A stretch of 64,000 bases of DNA, taken from Octopus sinensis (taxonomy: Eukaryota). Position numbers and translations under genes: made by a program. The stretch covers positions 96,968,001 through 97,032,000 of the forward strand of contig NC_043005.1 of the NCBI RefSeq assembly GCF_006345805.1, read 5' to 3'. Numbering within the stretch: position 1 is the stretch's first letter; every line of letters starts with the position of its first letter. The notes beneath the pieces are model-generated. The model did no database searches, was not told where the DNA came from, and saw only the letters and a program-made list of their open reading frames with translations. Shown piece by piece: positions 53,070-64,000 of the stretch.

Positions 53070-55592
53070 ATATCAAGTTTAATAAAGATTTTAGAAATTT
53101 TTACTACCAGTGGCCTAGGGTAGAGAAAAATTAGTCAATAGACTATATATTATTTACATAAAATACAGTGTACTTTAAAACACATTAAGAGACTTCAATC
53201 ATAGGAATCCTTTACGCTAGAAAGAACAGCTAAAGTCCAAACCACTAATTAGGGATAAATTCTCGAAGGGAATGAAAAATAAAAACATTTACCGTCTAAT
53301 TCCTGGACCATAATAAAAATTATTATTTACCAGGCGAAGTCTTCATCAACAGGGACGCCATAAATTAAATATATAAACAACGAGGCCAATCCAGCATGCT
53401 GGATTAGTAAAAGGACCAATGCTATCAATTTTCAGAACTTCTTGCCTTGTATCTAAATATGAAATTATTATGTGAAATATTGAATCCATCCATAATCAGT
53501 CGATCATTAAGTTGTAAAGCATTTACACACAAAGGGGTGTTCGAAATTTACATCGAGGCTTATCCTATGAAATAAAATAAGCCTCGGTTTTGGTTATACT
53601 TCACCTACGATACTATATAAGTGAGTATATCTCGAACAGCATTCTTTCTGCGGCCAAAGTAATGCGTGTATGTATCTTTGTATTTTTAGGGTATAAATCT
53701 ACGTAATTATGTCTACACGAAACATAGTGAATTGATTAAAATCTAGTATTTTATTGTTACATATTTCATTAGGAAACGACTGAAAATTATTTTACCTTGA
53801 TGTGAGTTGTATGAACCTCTATCTGTCTGTCTGTCTGTCTGTCTGTCTCTCGGGAGACTCCGTCAGTAGAGGATGATCATTCATCTGTACCTGTATGTGC
53901 AGGCCTTGATAAGACTTTTAAAGGTAAACTAGTTGTTATACATGTATGCAAGTCTCCTATCTTCACGATACTAATGTTATCCGAGGAGAAAGTCACCGAC
54001 TTGGGCCTATACAGCTTGGTACCTTTTTGTCATCGAAGGTGCTGCTGTCAGAACGCAAAGAGTCGAGGAAAATGCCATAAGGTATCTTGCTCGACTCTAT
54101 AACTGTTTCACTAATTTACTGCCTTGGAATGGTTTTTTTTGTATCGAAGCTGAAAAGATGGAAGTTGACCTCAACAATATTTGAACTGAAATTGTATAGA
54201 GGTGGAGTAAATACCGTGAGGTGTTCTAAACAGTGCTCAACACGTTAAAAAGTGTAACAGGATCTCCATAATCAATACCATCACAAGCTAATAAGCAGAT
54301 CAACCATCGCAACGAAAAATCGTCATAAAAGATAACCATTTTTACCAAACAAAAACCTATCAGGAGCAACTGTCATCTCCAGATAACCATCACCACTAAA
54401 CAAATGTCATAAGAAATAACATTTCCAGATAACCATCGCCATTAAACAACCATCATAAGCACTCGCCATAAATAACCTTCAAAAGCTTTCAGTAATCACT
54501 ATCAAAAGAAATAAAAATATGCCATCGTAGCCAAACGAACATTATTTCGAAATAATCACGACTACCAAATGACCAGAACAACAACCAACATGTCACAACC
54601 AGACAAATGTGAAGAATCATACCAATCAATATCCACCTCAACCAATAAATGTTTTATTTGACCATCATAAACAAACAACTGTTATAACAAATCATGTCCA
54701 CTAGTGAACGACTGACCGTCTTGACAAGAAAGCCATTCAGCTACTACAAGTGACATCTTCATAACAGCCAAATAACATAACCAAAGTACCATCAAAATGA
54801 TAAATCATCAGATCTATAAAGAAATAAAAAAAAATAATAATAAATCATCACCAACACGAACCATTCAAAACAGTTATAACATACAAAATGACAATTGCAA
54901 CAACTAAAATAACGACCAGTCTGATTAACAACCATCATAACCATGACAATCATCACTCAACGAGTCGTTATAGGGCAATTATAATAATTGTTTCAACTCC
55001 TTGCGCTTTGCGTTCAAATCTAGCTCTAGCTTACTTCGCCTTTCATTCTCTACTGGGGTTGCTTTCTTACCATCTCCATCTTTCTCTTTCTCTCTTTCTA
55101 CCCCTCTCTGTCTTAATCAGATCAGTTAGATAACTAGGATAGAAGGAATGTTCACATTGCAGCCCCATTGATCCTTTCACCATATCTCTGTGGACATGAA
55201 GAAACACCACTCAAAATACCACCAAAACAACAAGACTTCTGTCAGAAGACAACCGTCACATGGCAATCGTCATAACAAGACCCCGTCAGCAAGGCAACCG
55301 TCTCAACAAAGCAACCATTGCGACTAGCCAACCGTCACAACTAAACAAACATCACAACATGAAAACCATCACAGTTAAACTGCTGTCCAAACAAACAACC
55401 ATAACAATAAACATCAACAAACAGCCATTACAACTAAGCTACTGTCACGAAAATACAAACAACACAACTAAATAAACAAAACAATACTCTCTGTAGTCGA
55501 GCTATCTTCAAGATATAGTGACCCAATTTCTTTGAAATTATATCTTACTGTCGAAAAAAATAAAAGGAAGAACGCATTGGTTATCGTTGTCC

Positions 55593-55644
<52 letters not shown>

Positions 55645-56699
55645 AGCGATGGAATGGTCATGGTTGAAATTTCTCCGATCATAGATCTTATCATTTGGGA
55701 ATTGATCTGGAGCTAAACGACAGCAGCGACGCCGACAACATCAACAACAACAACAAAATTTGTGGTGAAGCAAAGGTTCTTAGCACCTGGGATCCAACCT
55801 TACCTTTATCGATTGGCTTAAATAAGCAAGATAAAGATTTTACGCTTCTTTCACGCCTAGTATGATTGCCTCAGCCCTGACGGTAACGACATTTCTCACA
55901 ACTAAACAACTATCGAGACTGAAAAGACAACCAATAAGGGCAGAGACCGTTACAGAAATGTCGGAGTATATTGTTGGAGACGATAGCACAAAAGAAGAAA
56001 ATCAATTGTAATATAATGGCGATGATGATGATGGCCGTCAGACCAATAGTGTGATGGCTTGTTCACAAATGAGTTGATATAATTTCTAATCCTGAAGAAT
56101 AAGCATTGCTTTTGTGCGATGGTATAAATGTGTGATTGTCATTGAAGGAGGCCTTCGGCAATTGTAAGACGTTGTGCTTGTAGAGAATTGTAAGGGTGGT
56201 GGGTAGCTGTCCTGCGATGACTAGGGTAGAGGTAAGGCAAGAACGTTTGATATGTTTATTTCTATACTATATTGTTTGCAGGTCAAAGCTGGCCATGCAT
56301 CTGCGCATATATGTATAAGCCCGAGCAACATTTTTTAAGGAAGTTTTGTAGTTGTTGATTCATTGCCAAGTCTCCTCTCTGCAATGTTTATTGAAGGGAA
56401 GAGCTGTCAACATTCACCTTTACAACTTGGCACCAGCGTCGTTGCTGGAGCTGCCGTCAGAATGCAAAGAATAGGAACAGATACCACAAGATATAGTGCC
56501 TGACCCTTTTATAGTTCCGTCAATATATAGCTTTGGATTGGTGCATTAAAAAATCTACAATGAATGGATGAAAGGCAACGTTAACCCCTATTCCATTTGA
56601 ACTTAGAACAAGGAATCAATATAAATACTGAGTCATTCTATACAATGCTCTCACGACTTTACTAATTAGCCGCCTTTGTTAGTCATCATTAATAAGAAA

Positions 56700-57120
56700 T
56701 CCATCCATCAATCTTCTCCACCCACTATTCCTTGAAGGGTTGTCCTTAGATGTTTTCTCCATAGTTTCCTCTCCGAAATAATTCATTAGAATTTCCGGCT
56801 GGATCCCTAACTTGACCGACTGAAACTATGGATATTATCCAACCATATCGTTCTTAGTCTACCCTTTGATCTGTCGGTTGACTCGACTTGAAGAATCTAT
56901 TTTGCGATTCTTTCCTGTGATATTCTGATCATACATCCGTAGTACCAGAGCTGTGATCTCCCAATGTGGAGAAGTAGCGGTGTTCGACCTGGAGAGACTC
57001 CCTGATCTCCGAGCTTTGCACCTTGTTAAGTAACGTTAGTCCAGTGATCATTCGGACAAACACCATCTCGGACGCTTGTACCACCATCCTTACTCTTTCA
57101 GTCATTAACTCAACATTTAT
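56700..57120 (-). mobile_element. Degraded RTE-clade LINE 3' end
   Basis: VQASEMVFVRMITGLTLLNKVQSSEIRESLQVE (~A.EM.FLR.I.G.T..DKVRS.EIR..L.VE), and GRLRTIWLDNI (~GRPR.RW.D.I). Confidence 0.7.
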
Positions 57121-57256
57121 GATTATACGCGACGAAAGGCACGAAAACCTAACTGAACATAGTGAGTTTTTTTTGTCAAATTCTCCGCTTCTGCAGATCG
57201 AATGCTGGCACTGGCATACTACTGTGCCAGTACCTGCAATTCAAGCAAATAAAAGC

Positions 57257-57509
57257 TATATTCTGTTGTATCTGGGGAGAGCCATTCTCTTTTGGTGCCT
57301 TATAATTTAACACACTCACCGGTAAAATTTCCACTTATTTATTTTTATTTTCTAAAATTTTCGTTGCGTCTTGCAACCTTTTCAAGTGTCAAGACTAACG
57401 AAAATTTTGGGAAAATAAAAATAAGAAATAAGTGGAAATTTTATCGGTGAGTGTGTTAAATTATAAGGAACAAAAAGAGAATGGCTCTTCCCAGATACAA
57501 CAGAATATA
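57257..57509. mobile_element. Tc1/mariner-type foldback MITE with TA ends
   Basis: About 115-bp imperfect inverted arms TA|TATTCTGTTGTATCTGGG... ...CCCAGATACAACAGAATA|TA with a short central spacer. Confidence 0.88.
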
Positions 57510-58472
57510 CTTCAACACACGAACTCATATAAAGAATCTTGCTAACCAAATCCAAAAACGAAGACAAAGCTATATTATAAAATAGGGTATCTATATACTG
57601 CAGAGATAGCCGTTGGCTAACGAGACTAGTATTTTGCAGCAATGTTTAAAAAAAGGTGTCCTTCAAGATAATTCTGTTTTCGAGAACAGCATCCTTTTAT
57701 TAATTCCAGTAACCGTGTATCAAGTCCACCATTTCTTTCAATACTTTCTCATTCGTAAGCAAAATTTCCATGTATTCTTCTGTCTCTATTAAGAAACCTT
57801 AAATATAGTTCAACATCCATAATGCTTCTTATTTAATTTATGTACTGGGTTAAGGTTATTAAGAATTAAAAATTAGTTAAGGATTTTATGAAGATATTAT
57901 TTATCAGAATGATGGCTGGTACTGCAGTACAGAAGAATGATTGTTTTATAAATCATAGAGGGAGTGACGTGCATTCGGTTCATAAGATATCCCTAGTAAC
58001 ATTATTTTACAGAAAACACGCACACACACGCGCACACACACACACACGCGCACACACACACACGCGCACACACACACACGCGCGCACACACACACGCGCA
58101 CACACACACACGCGCACAAAATCATAAGTTACAGAAGATTTGATTTCCAATTAGAAATATGTCAACACACACCATTGTTATTTATGATACAATATCTCTT
58201 CCCAAAATAACCAACAGAATACAGTAAGCAAAACGACATTGTGTCTTTGTCATATATCAGAATTCATTCATAAAACATACAACAATAAGTTAAACCAAAT
58301 TGTTTGTTTGAAGGTGCGTACAAACATATGCATGCATTTATGTATGTATGTCTGCATGGGTGTGCGTGTATGTATGAATGAGCGTATACATATATATTTG
58401 TGCATGAATGTGCGTATATGTCAGTATATATCTTTGTGTGAGCGTATAAAGGCATATATATGCATGTATATA

Positions 58473-58521
<49 letters not shown>

Positions 58522-58539
58522 TTCTATCTATCTACGTAT

Positions 58540-58613
58540 ACATAAAGCACCTTGGGCAAATGTCTTCTAAAGCCACAAATCCTGAAAGAAGCCCGTTGTC
58601 TATCTATCTATCA

Positions 58614-58706
<93 letters not shown>

Positions 58707-58786
58707 CCTACCTACCTACCTACCTACCTACCTACCTACCTACCTACCTATCTATCTATCTACCTACCTACCTACCTACCTACCTG

Positions 58787-58851
<65 letters not shown>

Positions 58852-58944
58852 ATCTATCTATCTATCTATCTACCTACCTACCTACCTACCTATCTATCTA
58901 TCTATCTACCTACCTACCTACCTACCTACCTACCTATCTACCTG

Positions 58945-59016
<72 letters not shown>

Positions 59017-59096
59017 CCTACCTATCTATCTACCTACCTACCTACCTACCTACCTACCTACCTACTTACCTACCTACCTACCTACCTACCTACCTA

Positions 59097-59153
<57 letters not shown>

Positions 59154-59390
59154 GTGTATGCATGTGTGCTTGTGCATGTGTGACTTTGTGTCTATGATTG
59201 TTTCTCCCTCACCACTAATGACAACTGATGTTGGTGTATTCACGCCCTCGTAACTAAGCGGTTCAGCAAATGAAAGCCGATTGAATAAGTACCCGGCTTA
59301 AAAAATAAGTGCTGGGTCGATTCGTTCGACTAAATCTTTCAGCCCCAGTATGGCTGTAGTGTCATAACTGGAACGAATAAAGCACAAAAG
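58540..59390 (+). mobile_element. SINE family B whose internal linker is a ~560-bp (TATC/TACC/TGTC)n array
   Basis: 5' part GCACCTTGGGCAAATGTCTTC...TGAAAGAAGCCCGTTG; 3' part ACAACTGATGTTGGTGTATTCACG...GGTCGATTCGTTCGACTAAA. Confidence 0.8.
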
Positions 59391-59402
59391 AAAGATATAT
59401 AT

Positions 59403-59481
<79 letters not shown>

Positions 59482-59519
59482 ATATATATATATATTATAT
59501 ATATATATAATATATATAA

Positions 59520-59558
<39 letters not shown>

Positions 59559-59675
59559 CAATTATATATACATATATATATGATATAATATAAATGTGTA
59601 TATATTTTATTTATTTTTAAATTTTTTTATCTAGTTTCAGCTCACGAGCTGTGGCCATGCTGGGGCACCGCCATT

Positions 59676-59724
<49 letters not shown>

Positions 59725-60317
59725 TTATATACATATACACACATACATACATACACACACACACATACATACACAGTGTATATATGTAATTACATACAGT
59801 GTGCTTAGGCCCATAGAATGCCGTCCATCCTCAACAATCACTTATTCAGAGGTTGTTATAAGAAGTGCAGAACCCCGTTCAATGGTGTGTTTTATAGTAG
59901 TGCAGAAATTGAAGAGAATCGAACAATGGCTAGATTGCACACTGTCTGGAAAAGAAACTATAAAATTGTTTTAAAGCTCCCTGATAGATGTTAGCCGATT
60001 AATAAATCAAGCTGACGTTAACAGCGAGTGGTTATAGATAAAGACATGATCTGTGTAATAGTGTTGACCTAATGAGCAGTTGTGGTTCAGAATCCAATTG
60101 CTCTTCGAACACCCACTGTAGGGAATACAAATAACAATAATGGTGAAACGTACGTAGGGCACAAATGATATAAAATGCAACTTGTGTTTATAATACTTTT
60201 TATAATACTTGTCTATATAATACTTCTTTCCCACACACGCAAACACACACATATATATACATATACATATATACATATTATATATGATATATATGAGTAT
60301 ATATATATAATATATAT

Positions 60318-60350
<33 letters not shown>

Positions 60351-60790
60351 TTATAATAAGAGTAGCTCGTATACGAGTGGGGATATATTTGTAAAAAATG
60401 AAGTTTGAAAATGCCGCTATATTAGATAAATTTTAATTTTACATGTTTCGGTTCTTGAAATGACGAACCTTATCAAAAATTTTTTTTTATATAATAAAGA
60501 GAGTCCATGCTATATGTTTAAAGAGTATGATGGAACAGTTCATAATTGTGACATACATTCAATAGAGTCAAATATAAAAAATCCATGTTCTTGAAAAGGC
60601 GAGGAGTTCATTATAGATTTTACCTTGTGTTCCAATGATTCTTGGTCGGCGTCTGCTGGCGTAATTTTGGTAAATTTTGTGATTGTTGGATTTATATCAG
60701 CTAAGCTGTGGGTCCTGGTCTCTGGCACTGTTCACTGACGTCATACCAATCAAAACCCAGCCTCAACGAATATAGGGAAAAGAGCCCTAG

Positions 60791-61095
60791 CTGTATCCTG
60801 TTGGGAAACCAACCAAGCGGAACGACAAGTTTGACCACGGAAGAAAAACGTCATCAATTTTTTGACGAATCGAAATTAGATCTGACCCATGACTGTATCC
60901 TGTTAGGTGGCTAGCCCAGCAGAACGAGTAGTTTGACCACGGAAGAAAAGCGTCATCAATGTTTTGACGAATCAAAATCAGGTCTGACCCATAACTGTAT
61001 CTTGTGAGGAAACCGACCAAGCAGGGTGACAATAGCTTGACCACTGAGGTAAAACGTCATCAATTTTTTGACGAATCAGAATTAGATCTGCTCGC
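60791..61095. repeat. Three-copy tandem repeat, 102-bp period
   Basis: Units start CTGTATC at 60791, 60893 and 60995 and share TTGACCAC.GA.G.AAA.CGTCATCAAT.TTTTGACGAATC. Confidence 0.92.
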
Positions 61096-62163
61096 AGAGA
61101 AAGAAATCTTTTTATAAATTTTTCCTTCCCTAAGACATACTACTGCCAGCGTGAGTGACTGTTTAAGGATCTGAGAAATTGTAATTCGCCCCACCTCCAT
61201 TATTTTATATATATATATATATATATTACATGTATGTATTTATATATCTACATCTCTGTCTTTATATCTCTCTATATATATGCGTACCTACCTACCTACC
61301 TACCTAACTACCTACCTACCTACCTACATATATCTATACATAGAGAGAGGGAGAGAAACATAGATAGATACATGCATTCATATATTTTTTTATAACGGAA
61401 TAGGATTCAAAGAATCAGACAGAGCTCACACTAAACTCTCCGCCGGGTGTCCGGCTATCATGAATTGTTGTAATTTATACTAGAGTATAAGATTAATGTG
61501 ACTGTCATTCTGAAATTCCAGGAATTACAATGATGGAGTGTATATAACAATTAACCAAGATAAGGCAAGTCAGAGATGAAATGTTTATTCCATTTCTTGA
61601 CAGGTGTCCATATGTTCCAAAAATATAGTGACTGTGAAGTCTGGCAGATAAATACCACTCAAATATGTTGCTGTATAATGAGACAATCAAATCAAGTTGA
61701 GCACAGCTAAATGTTTCTTGCCCATTCAGTATTTTACAGTACAATTATATATCTATGTATGTGCATCTATATGCACGACAAATACAAGAATGAGTGAGCA
61801 ATCTAAAGAATGATAAAATGATATTGCCAAAGTGGTCGGTTAACAGAATTATCAGCCGCCAAAGCTTTGCACGAATCTTTTCCGATTTGGTTTCGGTTCT
61901 TTGCATTTTGAGTTCAAATCCTGCTAAGATAAATTTTGTCTTTTATCCGCCAGGGCTTGATTAAATGAGGTACCAGTTATTTACTGGACTTCAATCACCT
62001 CTCTCTCTCTCTCTCTCTCTCGTGTGAGAAATAAACGGCGAGGGTCGCAATTACTGGCAATAATACAATAATATCATCTTCCGAGACATCTGGAATTCTA
62101 TCACAATGGAAAAATATGGTTGCCGTTACTCTGGTAGGGTATAGCATGTGTATGTGTCTGTGC

Positions 62164-62256
<93 letters not shown>

Positions 62257-62491
62257 TGTGCGTGCGTGCGTGTGTGTGCGTGTGTATGGGAGGTTTTAGA
62301 GTCGATGATGTAACTGGATACAGACTGCGAAACAGCTGGCAACAGAGGCCGTAATAATACCGAGAAGTGGATGTTCTGTTAGAACAAACTGCACTGCGGT
62401 GCTTACCATGTGCGAAACTCTTATATTAGCACACTTAGACACCACCCCGCACTCACACATGCACGCACACATATGCACACACTTATATATA

Positions 62492-62542
<51 letters not shown>

Positions 62543-62575
62543 GCATGTAACTATGCATACGTACATACATACATG

Positions 62576-62618
<43 letters not shown>

Positions 62619-62876
62619 TATATATATGTATGTATTATGTGCGTTTATACATACATAATATACACACAGAAATCTAACATAACACGCATGCATATACATG
62701 TGTTTATATATATATATATATGTATGCATACATACAGAAAGACAGACAGACACGCGCACACAAACCAGCATACATGTACGTGCGTAAGTCTGTGTGCATG
62801 TATATATTCATACATACACATGTAATATACGTACATGCATACACTCATATAAAATTATTACAAATACAGACACACA

Positions 62877-62927
<51 letters not shown>

Positions 62928-63503
62928 TACATATATGCATTATATATATATATATATATACATATACATTATACACACACACATACAGACATACATACAC
63001 GCATACGTATATTCATAATATTTATATTCATACATATAGACATTCATATCTAAATGCTAATATTTAGTTAAAGGTGTAAACATTTCAAGTACCCATCTAC
63101 ATTATGAATATAAGACGTGATACGTTGGACAGTGTACAGTGTGACATTGTAAGCTGAATGCGAAGGAAATCGATTTTCATCTAGAATCATTTAAAAATCA
63201 ACTTGTAAATATGAGCAGCTCCTGGCGCTATTTTGTAGATTCCATTTCTATGAGCAAACTTTCCTGTATTTGGCACTTGTAGGATTTTCCTATATTTACG
63301 TGTATCTTTTTTCGATGACGTACATCATATGGAGTAGTGTTATGCATATACGCTGACATAACCATTCATTCACGCGCGCTAGCGCAAACACACATATACA
63401 CACACACACACACACAAACGCACGCACATACATGCATACATACAATAGACATCTATTTGTAATATTCTATTGCTTTTCTCCAAATTCATTAAGTTTAAAA
63501 ACT

Positions 63504-63511
63504 TCTCAACA

Positions 63512-63560
<49 letters not shown>

Positions 63561-64000
63561 GCCCTGATGCAGTACCAGGCAGTGGCTCTCATGGCTTCTG
63601 ATCTTAACTGACTGGAAGTGTTATCATGTACATTGTTTTGTCTTGGTATAAAAGATGGGCTACAGCAAATATTCTGCTCAATACCACAGATTTGCTTGTC
63701 AGTTGTTTGACCTTAACCAGTTGAGCATGTCCCTTAGTGGCTGACGATATGTGCATCTCTGATCACGAGCAGAAGTAGTGGGGGAGCATCATAGCCATGT
63801 GTTGAGAGGGATTCTTTGGGGTTGAATAGTTCACCTCTGGAAACATGGGTGGTTCTTTCAACATCCTTAAACAACCCTTATTCAGGGACCGTTTGAGCGG
63901 GATGGGCTACTCAACCTGAAGAGAATCTAACTGGGCCCCACCTGCAAGGTCATGTGCTGTTTATCTTGATATGAGATCACCATGTCGTGCACATATGGTT
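63504..64000 (-). mobile_element. Probable retroposon 3' region with a (TTA)n tail, running off the window edge
   Basis: An abrupt switch to balanced-GC sequence directly abuts a pure (AAT)n run. Family not assigned. Confidence 0.45.

Noticed and set aside
56184-56340. 48-nt exon plus downstream acceptor (RIVRVVGSCPAMTRVE / VKAGHASAHIC...)
   Set aside because: The implied intron is only 50 nt, the peptide has no motif, and adjacent sequence matches a dispersed repeat (similar to ~53990-54070).
60791-61095. CRISPR-like reading of the 102-bp repeat (and of the 17-bp repeat at 43532)
   Set aside because: The units are head-to-tail with homologous rather than unique spacers, there are no cas genes, and the context is eukaryotic.

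Overview
Eukaryotic (metazoan) genomic DNA. It is AT-rich and extremely dense in microsatellites and retroposons. The tRNA-derived SINE families together with R4/Dong, RTE, CR1 and Tx1-like LINE debris point to a coleoid cephalopod, most likely an octopus (inference; no database search was run). Almost all ORFs in the supplied track are microsatellite artefacts. One multi-exon protein-coding gene can be assembled by hand on the + strand: a signal-peptide exon (22904-23023), an Ig-like exon (25190-25379) and the exon completing the Ig fold (40004-40213). Less certain downstream exons lie at about 40449, 41863-42024 and 42869-42982. The architecture is signal peptide, Ig-like domain, Cys-containing region and a terminal CxxGxY-type Cys motif, which loosely recalls the ZPBP/Sp38 sperm proteins. 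Its 3' half is ambiguous: either a short intron or premature stops. The rest of the window is SINEs (several with clean TSDs), two MITEs, a hAT transposase remnant, a Penelope-type terminal repeat carrying a minimal hammerhead-like motif, LINE fragments, local duplications and a 102-bp tandem repeat. No rRNA, true tRNA gene or CRISPR array is supported, and I see no clear evidence of a wholly new biological system. All coordinates were counted by hand; repeat boundaries are approximate unless a TSD defines them.
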